Positions 26,041 to 39,800 of a stretch of DNA of 64,000 nucleotides are shown piece by piece. The stretch's first letter is position 1, and every line of letters begins with the position of its first letter. Position numbers and translations under genes: made by a program. The stretch comes from Octopus sinensis. Taxonomy: Eukaryota. The notes under the pieces are model-generated. The model made no database searches, was not told where the DNA came from, and saw only the letters and a program-made list of their open reading frames with translations. Location: contig NC_043009.1 of assembly GCF_006345805.1 (NCBI RefSeq), forward strand, positions 53,010,001-53,074,000. The letters are read 5' to 3'.

Positions 26041-26267
26041 ATTGTTTTGCATGATTATCATTAAGAAGAAAACAAATGTCAGACGTTTTAGTATTCTAGC
26101 TATCCTCATATTAATCTTATTTCATTGTGTAACTTACTCTGCCTGACTTTCTGGCTGAATTATAAAGCAATGAACAATAAATTGAATAATGAGTATTTAA
26201 TAAAATGTCAAATTACTTGCACATCGCATCCATCTGACTTCTTATCGCGTCTGAATTCGTTTCTATT

Positions 26268-27480
26268 GAGACTGGGGCACTTAATTTCGCTGTACAATTC
26301 TGAAATTCACTTAAAGCTGTTTGCATACAACCATTGCTCAATGTTATCCACAGAAAAATAGTAACTGAAATATAGAATGAATAAGAAGTTATTTAAAGAA
26401 ATAGTTATAAATATTTATGCTTTTAATTATGTAATGTGTGTCTGTTTTGTTTTGAGTGAGCTTATGCGTGTGTATACTTGGCCAACGATTTTTTAATTGT
26501 GTTTTCAAAGTTTTACGCAACATTGCAATATTATACAGTATATGTGTGGTAATATTTGCAACAACGTGGGTTTAAGTTGGATACCATTGCGCAGCACCAC
26601 GTTGAATAAATATCTTCTATTAGACCACCAAGTTCTATTCATTCTTGGTGAGACTGGGATATTTAATTTCGCTATACAATTCTGAAATTCACTTAAAGCT
26701 GTTTGCATACAACCATTGCTCAATGTTATCCACAGAAAAATAGTAACTGAAATATAGAATGGATAAGAAGTTATTTAAAGAAATAGTTATAAATATTTAT
26801 GCGTTTAATTATGTAATGTGTGTCTTTTTTGAGCGAGCCTATGCGTGTGTATACTTGGCCACGATTTACATTATTGAGTTTTCAAACTCTTAGCATTTAC
26901 ACAAGATTACAAAATTATACAGTATATGTGTGGTAATATTTGCAATAACGTGGGTTTAAGTTGGATTCCATTGCGCAGCACCACATTGAATAAATGCCTT
27001 CTACTAGACCGCCAAGTTGATCAATAAACTGTAACAAAAATGTTGAATTGGAAGGCAGAAACAATCTGTAATCAGGAATTGTACACAGAAATATGTACCC
27101 ACCTCCATACATTTATTTACTTGAACGAACAAGCAATATAAAAATAAGAAAAGTTATCTGGGGTTCTGTACATTGCAGTTCTCTCGGGCAACTTTACTGT
27201 GGAAATGAATATTAGGTTTCCCAATGATTGTGCCAATTAAATCAATAGTACTGTAATGGGAATTCGGCTTACAGGGTAGTAAGGAGGAATACCGGCTACA
27301 TTCTCAGACTATCAACCAGTCAATAGAACCAGGATGTCTCAAAGTGCCTGATGAAATGGCTTGGTTATGTAATTGAGTTATGTAATACATCGAAGGACAA
27401 ATAAATTGACATTCAATACAAACATGCGTTGCATAATGTGAATAAAATCCACACACACATACATATATACATATCTATAT
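26268..27480. repeat. 382-bp tandem duplication continuing into the repeat shared with 9540-10290
   Basis: gagactggg…aattcacttaaagctg at 26268 and 26650. Confidence 0.85.
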
Positions 27481-27900
27481 CAAAGGACCACAGATAAATA
27501 CATGGAATTAAATAACTATATACATAAACAAAATATAATAAATTATATTAAATTAAATTAATACAAAAAAAGAAAGAAATGAGAAAGTAAGGATAAAAAC
27601 AAATTACTAAAATAAATAAAAGTAAGTTAAAAGAACATGATTAAACACGGGATGCTGATAATGTAAGTACCATACACATTCCCACACACACACTAATGAT
27701 AAACACAGAGATATACGAATGCGCAAATAAAGACACATGCAACAGGAATACAAAATGGCAGAAAGTTAGGAAGGAGAGACACAAAAACGAAAGAAGAAAG
27801 CAAAGTACTACTGATGAGGTCACAGAAGTGTGACGAAAAAGCTGTGGCTGAAATACAATATAAAATAAAGCTGAAGCAAGTTGCCTAAACTGGCAACATG
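27480..27900 (+). mobile_element. PLE 3' UTR fragment with minimal hammerhead-like motif (27808-27847)
   Basis: Homologous to 47400-47950; CTA-CTGATGA-G-GTCACAgaagTGTGAC-GAAA…TGG. Confidence 0.7.
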
Positions 27901-27963
27901 ACCATCCCCAAATACAACAAATACACACACACGCACGCACGCACACACACGCACACACACACA

Positions 27964-28002
<39 letters not shown>

Positions 28003-28270
28003 ATATATATATATATACGTATGTATGTATCACGGAGCTACGGAGAGGTACTTGTATAGCAAGTGATTTGATCCAAGATCGTGTGCTGAAACATAAGCAA
28101 TTGAAGCATTTATGAGCCATTTAAAAACACAGAAAACCCGTTAGATTCACTTCGGTCGCGGTTCCAAAGCGACGAAAATATTTTGACAAATTAAATTTAA
28201 ATGTTGAAGTGAATCTAACGGTTTTTGTGTGTTTTTAAATACCTTATAAGCTTATATATATAAGCTTATA

Positions 28271-28638
28271 AGCAAATTTTCAAGATTTGAAAGGTGAAAA
28301 GAAATTTTTTTAAATTGAGGAAGGGTAAAAAAGAAATTTACAATGTTTTTTTTTTCAAAAAAATAATAATAAACATATATAAAGATAAAAAAATAAGTAT
28401 ATCGATACATTGTAGAGTCTTTATGTTTTTTGAGTTCAATAATAGTCCTTGGAAAAAATTCCTTGGAGGATTAAGATCCATGTGATTAAACGTGGTGCTT
28501 AGTTTAAGGTGTTTGTTAAATGAATGCCAAAACAGGAAATGGGGTAGGAGTTTGAAAAAGACATTGCGAATTTCTTTTTTCCCCTTCCTCAATTTAAAAA
28601 AAAAATTATTTTCACCTTTCAAATCTTGAAAATTTGCT
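28271..28638. mobile_element. MITE with ~75-bp TIRs
   Basis: agcaaattttcaagatttgaaaggtgaaaa…aattgaggaaggg vs cccttcctcaattt…ttttcacctttcaaatcttgaaaatttgct. Confidence 0.85.
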
Positions 28639-28744
28639 TTGCAATGAAAACCGATTAGAGTTATTTAAAAAATTTTCCATACACCCATTTTTATTAAAAT
28701 TTACCTTCAATTAGCATTCTGCCTTTTTATAATTTTTCCTCTCC

Positions 28745-28776
<32 letters not shown>

Positions 28777-28777
<1 letters not shown>

Positions 28778-30065
28778 CAGATAATCCCATAAGTTCTGTC
28801 CGATTTTACCTTTTTTAAAACTGAATGAAATTTAATAGTATTTTAGAATGTCTAATGCGATTGAAAATTATTTTTTATGCATTTGTGTACATTTAAACTA
28901 ATTAAATATTATTTTACAGAATAATAGAACCAAACTTTCTTTGATTAAAACCCTTTCTAACATGGAAGTATCCAAAGAGCATTTGAGGCACATAATGCTT
29001 TACGAACCCCCAAAAGGAAACTCTGCAGCCGAAGCGATTCGAAACATACACTCAGTTTATGGGAAAGAATGCTTGAATGAAAGAACTTGCAGAAGATGGT
29101 TTGCAAAATTCAGAAGTGGAGATTTCAGCCTTGAAGATGAAGATCGAACAGGACGTCCAGTTGAGTTTGATGATAATCTCCTTGAGGCATTACTTGAAAA
29201 AAATCCTGCATTATCAGTTGAAGAATTGACAATAAAGCTTAGCTCAAACCATACAACTGTTCATCATCATCTTCAACAACTTGGAAAGGTTCCTAAACTT
29301 GGAAAATGGGTACCTAATGAATTGTCCGAAAGCAACCGCAAATACCGAGTTGAGATCTGCTCTTCTCTCCGTTCTCGCGAACTCATTTCACCCTTTTTGG
29401 ATAGACCTGTGACTAGTGACGAAAAATGGATCTTCTATCGAAATGTTAAACGTCGTAAACAGTGGCTAGTTAAAAGGGAAAAGCTCCAGCACAACCGAGA
29501 AGGGAACTTCATGGGAAAAAGGTTCTTCTCTCTATCTGGTGGGATTGCAAAGGAGTAATTCACTTTGAATTGTTACCACCTAATGCAACAATCAATGCTC
29601 AAGTCTACTGTCATCAATTAGAGCGTTTGAACCAAGCTTTGAAGAAAAAAAGACTCACTTTAGTGAATCGAAAAGGAGTGATGTTTCATCAGGACATTGC
29701 GCGACCCAACACTGCAAAGATCACATCACAGAAGATCGAAGAGCTTGGTTGGGAAAAAATTCCTCATCCACCTTATTCTCTCCGACCTTGCTCCTTCAGA
29801 CTACCATTTGTGTCGTAGTTTACAGAATCATTTGGGGGACATAACTTTCGCAAGCCAGGAGGAGGTCGAAACTGACATTTCACAGTTCTTCGCTTCGATG
29901 CCAAAAGAGTTTTACATTGATGGGATTAAAAAGCTTGTAAATAGATGGAAGGAAGTCATAGATAATCAGGGAAAGTACATTGATGGTTAAATTTCAATTA
30001 AATATAACATCTGATCACTTGTTTTCGCTATTCAAAATTCGGACAGAACTTATGGGATGACCTGA
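28777..30065 (+). mobile_element. Full-length mariner (DD34D) element with frameshifted transposase (~28962-29990)
   Basis: TIRs …cccataagttctgtccg / cggacagaacttatggg…, TA flanks; WVPNEL, TSDEKW, HQDIARP, DLAPSDYHL. Confidence 0.95.
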
Positions 30066-30085
30066 TATATATATTTATATATATA

Positions 30086-31374
30086 CATCGTGGGGAAGCA
30101 AAATTTACAATGAACGTTAAGTTGTTTTTGCTCAGCAGGCACTAAGTCATTTGGTGTGAAACCTATCATATATTGATGTCATAATAATACCTAACACTAT
30201 TATCCTTACCTTTTCAGAAACTTTTCCCATATGAGTAATCAAGAAAGCAAATGTCAAAGAGTGTGTGATTTGCTGAATGCACTCGTCACACCAAAGGAAA
30301 TTTCAAGAATAGTTGGAGTGTCCATAAAGACTGCTTATAATGTAAAGAATAGAATGACTATAAGCAAAACTATTACGAGGAATTCTGGAAGTGGAGGAAT
30401 CAACAAAAAACGTACCAAAGCTTTATTAAAGCTCTCAAATCCCAAATCCTAAAGGATCCAACCAAATCCATGAGAAAAATGGCGATTGAAATTGAGGTGG
30501 ACAAAAAGACCATTAGAAATGCAGTAAAATATGATTTGAGGTTAAAATTTTACACAAGAACACCAAAACACTTGTTGACAACAGCTATGAAGGAAAAGAG
30601 ATTGGAAAGGTGCAAGAAAATTATTACATGGTTCAAGAAAAAGTCCTCCATTGTAACGATCTTTTCAGATGAAAAGATATTCACTGTCGATGCTGTTCTG
30701 AACTGCAGAAATGACAGATTTATCGCAAAATCTATAGCTGAGGTTAAGGGGAAATTCAAAACAAAATATCCTGCTCAAGTTATGGCTGTTGGTGTTGTGG
30801 CTTCCGATAGAAAGAAAGTGCGTATAAAATTCTACAAAGCTGATGAAAAGATCAATGTTAATACTTACTACAAGACTCTGAGATACGAGGTATTGCCATG
30901 GCTTAAAGCAAACTACCCAGATGGTAATTATGTATGGATACAGGATGGTGCTCCAGCCCACACAGCTAGAAAAATACAAGATTTCTGCAAATCTAACTTT
31001 AGCAATTGTTTGGAGTCATGTTTATGGCCGCCTTCTAGCCCAGATCTAAACCCTATGAATTATGCTATTTGGGGGCGTTTTAGAACATGCTACCAATAGA
31101 ACATCACACAGCAATGTCGACTCTCTTAAAGATATTATTAAAGAAGAATGGGAGAAGTTGTCTCTCGAATATTTGAGGAACATTTGTGCAAGTTTCAGGA
31201 AGCGTGTGAAGGCATTTAGTGAGAAAGAAGAAGGACACATATAATAAAAGCATTTTCTATTATGTAATTTTTCTTGGGGCAAATAAATTCTCATGACTTT
31301 CAATAAACTAATTGGTCATACACTGTCTTTCAATTCATGCCTCAAAATATTGTAAATTTTGCTTCCCCACCCTA
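30086..31374 (+). mobile_element. Full-length maT-type (DD37D spacing) element, frameshifted; third Asp reads Asn
   Basis: TIRs gtggggaagcaaaatttacaat; FSDEK, QDGAPAH, SPDLNPMNY with 37 residues between D and N. Confidence 0.9.
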
Positions 31375-31382
31375 TATATATA

Positions 31383-31394
<12 letters not shown>

Positions 31395-31413
<19 letters not shown>

Positions 31414-31625
31414 AGTTAATCCAAACAAGAAAACACAGAACAAAAGAGAAAAAAAGGAGAAAAACAAGAGAAAAAACACAGCAACTCAGGACGTGGAACA
31501 ATTAAAGTATTATTGACGCTCAGGAAAGAAGGGAAGGAGGGTCTAACGTTTCGAGCGGAGCTCTTCGTCGGAAACAAGGAGAAGGAAAGATCCCAAGGAG
31601 GGAAGACAGAGGAGACAATATTTGA
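31395..31625 (-). mobile_element. Solo PLE-type tail with minimal hammerhead-like motif (31541-31575)
   Basis: GTTT-CCGACGA-A-GAGCtccGCTC-GAAACGTT-AGAC. Confidence 0.6.
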
Positions 31626-31723
31626 GCTGGTGGTGCTTAAGAGATCACATGTTGAAAGAACAGAATATGAAGGTAGTTGAAAAATGGTTTTATAATGCAA
31701 GAGAGTTCCAAAAAAAGGGAATG

Positions 31724-31762
<39 letters not shown>

Positions 31763-31784
31763 AAGATGGCAAGTGTGTTTGTGC

Positions 31785-31815
<31 letters not shown>

Positions 31816-31989
31816 CAAGATGACAAGTGTGTTTGTGCGTGCGTGTGTGTGTGTGTGTGTTTTTGGTGAATAAGGTAATGACAAAGCCAGCTGTGGTGAT
31901 GACTACTAGCTGTTTGTGTCAAGCTAGGTCAAAGCCAGGTCAAAAAAAAAAACAAAGGGCTATATGTGTCATGATATATATATATATAT

Positions 31990-33600
31990 ATATGCCAAAA
32001 TAAGCAACAAGGATATCCAGAGGTAATGCGGTATGATCGTTTAATGCAACTCCATTTAATTGAACAATGCAATCATTACATCAATTTAAAATGCAGAGCA
32101 ATCTTCAGCCGCACAAAACCATAGAATTTAATTAAATTAGAACAGATGGACACATTAGTATAATTATACCTAAAATCTTCAGGAAGTTAAGGAGATAGAC
32201 AAAGAACATGTACCTACAACAGCATAAAAGACTTAATTAATAAATTGCTATCCCTTTCTTAAAATGTTCCATCCTCTTAATTTTGGTATTTATATTGGTT
32301 TTATACAAATAGCCCTTCCAATTAAGTACTCCTAAGAAACTGTAATATCATTTATGGATTAACGCAAGTAACTTTTGAAATCTATATTATACCTCTTAAT
32401 TTAATATTAATATATGGTTAGCTTGTCCTTTTAACAAAAAATATCTTTTCAACTAATACCGGGTTTCAGCCCTGATTATAGTAAACAATTTTTAGCTCAC
32501 AAATTATAATACATTTTCTATAAATACTTGCTATTAGAGTTAATAAGGTATGAATATTTTATTATTTTATTAGTTTTTTTTTGTGATTAGACTGTTTTTA
32601 TTCCTTTTCCATGATTTTCTACCCTAACTGATCATTTTTGTTGTTATTGTTATTTTTATAGCAGCCTTAAATAAATCTAATCCTTGTACCCCTATTAATT
32701 CATACTCAGCTTATGTAAGGTAATACTGGTATCTCTACAACTTAAAATTAGTTCAATTTTAATTAAATCAGTATTTTACTTCAGTTGTCCCCTCTTATTA
32801 AATACCAGTAAATTCCAATTGATCAATCTCCTTAAAAACCATATAATAAGTTAATATTTTAGATAAGTAATAAGTATATAAATATTAATCTATTTATTTG
32901 CAATTTCCTTTTCCTCCCTCAGTTGTGGTAAAAATTCGGTATTTACTCAAAATATTCAAAGAAGTGGTATCCTTTTGTTAAAATTTTCATTCTTAATAAT
33001 CTTCTTGATTACGCAACCTTATACAGTATGACAATATTATTTGAAATGATCTTTAGAAATGATTTGATTTTTCTCTTTCTTAAATGGCTCTACCCTCCTG
33101 ATCTTAGTATTTATAAGAAACTTTATATAAATAAACTTTCCAAAAAAGTACCACTAAAAAACTATAAATATCATGTAGGGAGTAACAATAACTTCTGAAA
33201 TCAATAATATAACCCTTAATTTAAAAAAAAGATTAATTTAAAACAGAATTGTTCCATAACTTAGATATTCCTTTACCCGATACCAAACATCAGTCTTTTA
33301 TAGATATTAGCTAAATAAGTAAATATAATTTTTAGTCTAATATATTTTGAATTATTATATTTTTTCTAAAAAATCTTCTCTATTGGTGAACAAGCTACAT
33401 ATACCTAATCATAGTATTAGTAATTAAGCCATTTTGTTCCTTTTCTATGGTGTTCTGCCCTTGATTATTTTATTTTATAATAAGCCTTTATTTATTTATT
33501 TATAAAATTTTTATAGAACATATTCTAATTTACCTATTGAATCAACTGTAATTAGTTAGAGTGAACAATTATTACTTTAATATATCTTATTAGTTAAATT
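31990..33600 (-). pseudogene. Highly decayed AT-rich coding relic, probably a PLE
   Basis: Stop-ridden fragments HRKGTKWLNY, GII…KVTCVN, KRMEHFKKG resemble PLE thumb/GIY-YIG; downstream tail has CTGAAGA and matches 8270-8420. Confidence 0.4.
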
Positions 33601-33710
33601 GTAATAGGTTGTAGATATATATAGCTGTGTGTATGTGTATGTGTATATGTATATATATATATATATATTATATATATATATATATATGTATATGTATGTG
33701 TGTGTATCCA

Positions 33711-33742
<32 letters not shown>

Positions 33743-33849
33743 GTAGTAACAGAAAAGAGGAATTTCTATTATCCCCACGTGGTGAGTTGTAATGTATATA
33801 AGAAATTAAAAAAGGAAAATACGCACACTTACATAGTTTTAATATAATT

Positions 33850-34860
33850 TTTGATATATCGACCGGTTTCGCTATCGCTATTCATGATATTATGTTTTAC
33901 TTATTTGAATATATATTTTTTCTTAAGAAGAAATTTTGTCCATGTTGTATGTGATGAAATTCACGAGTGAAGGACTTCACAAGTGGATAAATAAAGGGAG
34001 GTAATTGGTTTTCGTTATTATTGTTATTGTTGTGGGTAAGGGAGATAACTGTTCAGCTTTCGGTAATGGGAGGGGAATATATATATGTGCAGATAGAGAC
34101 AAGTTTCAAGAACCTTGTTTAGTGAGGGGATTTATGTACAGTGATTTAATCGTGAATTGAAATATGTAAAAAGATAAAAGTTGGTTATGCGTGCATATTA
34201 AGACGTATTTTGTATTTTTCAATGAAAAAAAGTTTCTTTATTTAAATGTTCTAGTTGAGAGATTGTGTCTTTGTACTGGTAGAAAGGGAAGGCTGAGAAA
34301 TTTGGCTTCATGTCATCTTCACATTTTTCTATATGTTCATTGAGAAGAATTTGTCTGTATTGCGGGAAATGGATTTGCTCTTTATGTAGAGTGGTTCTCT
34401 TTCTCAAGGTCATACTCGTTTGTCCAATATAGTTGTGTCCGCAACCCGAGCAGGTTATTACACAAATGAACCGGTGTGTGACCAGCAGCTTTCCTCATGT
34501 CTCCGGAAATTATACCTACATTGTTATGGATGAATTCACCTTCTCTGGGAAGTTAACAACCTTTTTAAAAGCTTTTTATAAAACTGTGCATCATTAGAAA
34601 GCATTTTAAGTCTGCTTATGATTTGACTTTAAATTTCATAGAACTCACTCCTAATACTTCATGAGGTTAATCAAACTCTCTAGGATGTCTGGAAAACATA
34701 TATGTGATTTAGCTGATGAATACTGGACATTTGTATTTGCTGCAATATTTGCAGCTTCAAATAAAATTGCTCTTAGTATGAAACAATTGTACTAAACTAC
34801 TAATCCATTCTTGTTGCTTTTTTCTTGGTTATAACCACCCCACATTATTTTATGGTTAAT
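33850..34860 (-). pseudogene. PLE GIY-YIG relic with tail
   Basis: VITCSGCGHNYIGQTSMTLRKRTTLHKEQI…EHIEKC, similar to ORF 62053-62583; tail GAAACCGGTC motif at 33854-33890. Confidence 0.8.
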
Positions 34861-34865
34861 ACCAT

Positions 34866-35105
34866 AAAGAATTTGGTGCATCTAAGTTAAGTACCATATT
34901 CATTTGAATTCATTGGAATTCACTTGAATCTTATTGTTTTTGCTGAAAGTATATATTATATAATATATATAATTATATATATATATATAATATATATATC
35001 TATATATATATATATATATATACTTTCAGCAAAAACAATTAGATTCAAGTGAATTCCAATGAATTCAAATGAATATGGTACTTAACTTAGATGCACCAGA
35101 TTCTT

Positions 35106-35107
<2 letters not shown>
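34866..35107. repeat. ~88-bp inverted duplication flanking an (AT)n tract
   Basis: 34866-34953 is the reverse complement of 35020-35107. Confidence 0.9.
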
Positions 35108-35179
<72 letters not shown>

Positions 35180-36256
35180 ATTCATATGTCGTTAAGGTAT
35201 GTCATATATAATATTATTAACATTTTCAATTATTTATGATCTATTTACAGTTAGTTTTACTCATTCGGTTTTCAATCAACCAACCGTAACCGAGACAAAG
35301 AAATTCAAATTTGTTAACCAATTAGATTTAGCTTATGATTAAAAATAATCGCTCACCAATCCCCGATAGATTAAAACCACTAAAATATTAATATATAACG
35401 AATAATAAGGCTCATATAGCTTATCTTTTATCTCTTAATATATGAACTTTATTACGCAATATTCTGGGAAATTATATTATAAATATGTTGTAATATGTAT
35501 GTATATTTTCGTTATGATGAAAAGAAAAAATTCATATAGGTATTGGTGTATATTTGTACGTATGTATATATATGCATGTGCATGTATTTGTTGCCCACAC
35601 GCATGTACTTATATGTATGCAGGGATATAATGTAATAACTCTATATTAACTGTATGATATATGAATATATTGACTGTGATTTTAAAATTAATAAGATTAC
35701 ATCTTTTCATCCATATCGGTTTTGATATTATTATAGTATACTATATATTTGAATTTCTTTATACTATGTATTGTGAAGTGAAGATACCAGAATCTAATAG
35801 TATTATTAATACGATATTCTATATATATATATTATATATATAATATATTATAATATATATAAGATTATATATTATATCATTATATATAGATATATATATA
35901 TATACATACATACATACATACATATATATATGTATATATATATAATATATATATACCTACATACCTACATACATACTACATACATCATATATATATATAT
36001 AAATATATATATCTATATATATATATATATATACATACATACATACCTACATACATTATATATATATATATATATATATATACATACATACATAACATAC
36101 ATACATACATCCATATATATTATTATATATCATAACTACATACATACATACATACATATATAATATATATATATATAATATATATAGTATACTAATATAT
36201 ATATATATATATATACGTATATATATATATATACATCTATATATATATATACATAT

Positions 36257-36290
<34 letters not shown>

Positions 36291-36365
36291 CATATCTATA
36301 TATATATATACATATATATATATATAATAAGATACATATATATATATATACATATATATATATAC

Positions 36366-36397
<32 letters not shown>

Positions 36398-36821
36398 CAT
36401 ATTATATATCTAATACCTATATATATATATATCTATATACATATATATACATATATAAATCATATATATATATACATATATATATATAACATAGATATAT
36501 ATACATCTATACATATATATACATATATATATATATATAATATATAAGATATATATACAAATATATAATATATACATTATATATTATATATATATAATCA
36601 TATATATATATACATAAGATAATTATATATGACTATTATATATATATACATATATATATAGATACATATATACATACATATATATATATATACATATATA
36701 TATTATATAATACATATATATATTATATACATATATATATATATTATACATATATATATATATAATACCTATATATATAATATACATATATATCTATAAT
36801 CAAATATATTATATATATATC

Positions 36822-36868
<47 letters not shown>

Positions 36869-36869
36869 G

Positions 36870-39800
36870 ATTGATTATTGATTGATTCTAGTTTCAGCTT
36901 ATGAGCTGGTGGCCATGCTGGGGCACCGCCATTTGGTGTTGCTACTTGGTTTCACTTCATGGAGGCTTTCTAGCAACTGCTATTTTGTGCATGAGAGAGT
37001 TCGATGCAGCTGCCCTCATCTGCCCCTCCTGCCGTGAAGTTGGTTCATCTGGGACACCTGACAGGAAGAGATCCAGCTTCATTTTAAAGACATCTGTATC
37101 CACCCCATGCAGGTCTCTCAGGTTCTTCGGGAGGATATTGAAGAGCTGTGGGCCTCGGAAGCCCAGGGCTATCACAGAATCTTGTCCTACATCTTGATGG
37201 CAGGTTTGGAGTCCTAGCCACCACGCAGTGGCGCCCAGTTCTGGCATTTGCGTAACTCTCGATGCCAAGTTCAGGACACTTCCCTCCAGGATCTGCCAGA
37301 TGTATATTATGGCATATCTTTCCCGCCTACGCTCCAGAGATATAATTTTTAATCTCTTGAGTCTTTCCCAGTAGCTTACATTCTGCATAGAGCTATCTTC
37401 TTTGTGTAGCTTCTTTGGATCGCCTCAAGTTTCTGTGATCAACTTGACACTGGATGGTGCTACATAGCTGAGAGCAATAGCAAAGTGGCTTAGGACAAGT
37501 GTCTTCCAGAGGACCATCATGGTTTTTTGTTCTCTTGTTCTAAGGTTCTAAGAATCCATCCAGCCAGCCGTCTACATTTCATTGTCAGTTTAGCAACATG
37601 TACATAAAGGTCGCGTCATCACTCTGTGAATACCCAGGTCACGCACTGATTGTGCCTCTGGGATTGCAATCCCTCCGGGTCCAGTGTGTATCATTGGGTA
37701 TTGCATTCAGTTTTTGCATGCTGATAGTATAAAGCTTGAAACTTTCCAGCATTGAACTGCATGCTATTCTTTTCAGCCCACTTGTATATTTCGTCCAGCT
37801 CACATTGCAGTTGTTTAGTGTCCTCAGGGTTCTGTATTGCCTGTGAAACTTTTGTTCATCTGCATAACTTGTGATCGTGGCTCACTGCGTGGCTGAGGGC
37901 ATGTCTGAGAGGCCATTATGACAGTAGTGGTCCCAGAACAGTGCCCTGCGGAACAACGCCTCACTATTTGTGTGTAATGGAGGTGGCCCCATTGGCTACT
38001 ACCACCTGACTTCTATCCTTCAGAAAGTCATGAAGCCATTCTCCCAGTTTTCCACTATGTTGAGATCACGCAGTTTGTGACATTCATTCCATGATCGACT
38101 TTATCAAAGGCCTTTGCAAAGTCGAGATATATCACTTCCACATTTGAGTGTTGAGCAGCAGCCGTTTCAGTCAGCACCCATCATATTGTTGTAGGAGCTG
38201 AGTTAAACAGCTTCTCCCTGGTCGGAAACCATGTTGGGTGTCGGGCAGCAAGTCATTCTCTTCAAGGAAGGTGATCAGCTTCCTTCTGACTATTCGTTCC
38301 ATGACCTTGCTGATGTTTGAGGTCAGAGAGATAGGTCTATAGTTCTTGGCTTCCGCTCTGCTACCTCCTTTATGAATGGGGCATATTTACCTTCCTTCAG
38401 TTTTCCTGGAAGTTTGCCAGCTGCAAGGAAGCTCTGAAAGAGGAACTGCAGTGGTCTTGCTAGGACTCTCTTACAATGCTTTTAGGAGGATTGCCGGAAT
38501 CCATCGGGCCAGTAGCTGAGTCTGTTTTCATTTCATCTATAGCCTTGGTTACACAACCTCGTCCTTTATATCGATGTAATCTATCGTCGCCGCCCTGATT
38601 TTAATATCTGCAGTGGTAAAAAAGTCAGTTGATTGGTGATTTGGAGATGCCCAAGGGTGGAGTGAAAACACTCTTGAATTGCTCATTCAGTATTTCACTT
38701 ACCCTCATTGGTTTTCCTGTAAGTGTGCCATCCTTTTCGAGGAGTGGCCCTATTGCTACAGTGCACTGTAGCTGTTTCTTTGCATACCTGTAGAAAGCTC
38801 TGGGGTTAGATTTTATGTTTTCTATAGCCCAGGCTTCTTTGTCTGCTCTTTCTTTTCATGGTAGAGTTTGCAGACATTTTTCGATTTCAACAGTTTTATT
38901 TTTAGGCGGGACTTTTCACTGCTTTCAATCTGTTTGTTTAGGCGATTTGAAAATTTCGTACGCCGTCTCATTAAAATTTTCCTCTCTCTGGGGATTTTGT
39001 TCTTGTGTACAGTGGCCTTTCTCTCTGGGACACATTTGTAGCATATGGCTTGCATTACAGACATGAATTGTTGAAGTTTCACGTCGATGTCTGGCGAGAG
39101 AGACATTTAGGCCAGTTTTGTTTGAGGATCTCTTTCTCAATTTGTTCCAGTTTTGCCTTATGGTAGTTCAAGCTGGAAAGATTTGAGGGTTTTCTTGTAG
39201 GCTGCATGTCCGTGCTCTCTTGGCCCGTACATGGTCAGCTCTATCATGTTGTGATCCGAGAGTAGTGTCGGTGTCACTTTCACATTATGGATGAGATCCA
39301 TGTCATTTGTGAAGCAGAGATCCAGTGTGTTACCTGCCCTGGTTGGTTGGAGTATTACCTGCTCCATGTACAGGGTGTTGATGAGGTTCAGGAGGGACCC
39401 GCCTGTCCTCGTTCACATCTGTCATTCCTGGGGAGAAAGGCCCTCGGGCCATCTGACATTGGCAGATTGAAGTCTCCATAAGAAGCACCCTATGTGTTGT
39501 TCTAATGTGGTTTAGAATTTCTTCTATTTTTATAAGGCATCTTCAAACTTGCCCACATGGCTTGGGGCATCTGGAGGCGATATGTAGCACACACAACTAC
39601 ATCAAGTTGCCTAATATGTACAATTAGTGTGTCACACACCGAGTTTGAGTATGACAAGAGGACCTGGGGTGTGAGGTCCTCACGGATGTACATAGCAACA
39701 CCTCCATGACTCCTTTCTTTCCTGTCGGTCCGTAGTACAGCATACTGTGGTAATGTGTAACTCCGCATCTGCTATGTCCGGTTTCAGGTGCGTTTCTGTA

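Noticed and set aside
32200-33600. Mitochondrial insertion (NUMT) suggested by AT richness
   Set aside because: No recognisable mitochondrial protein, rRNA or tRNA motifs; fragments fit a decayed PLE better
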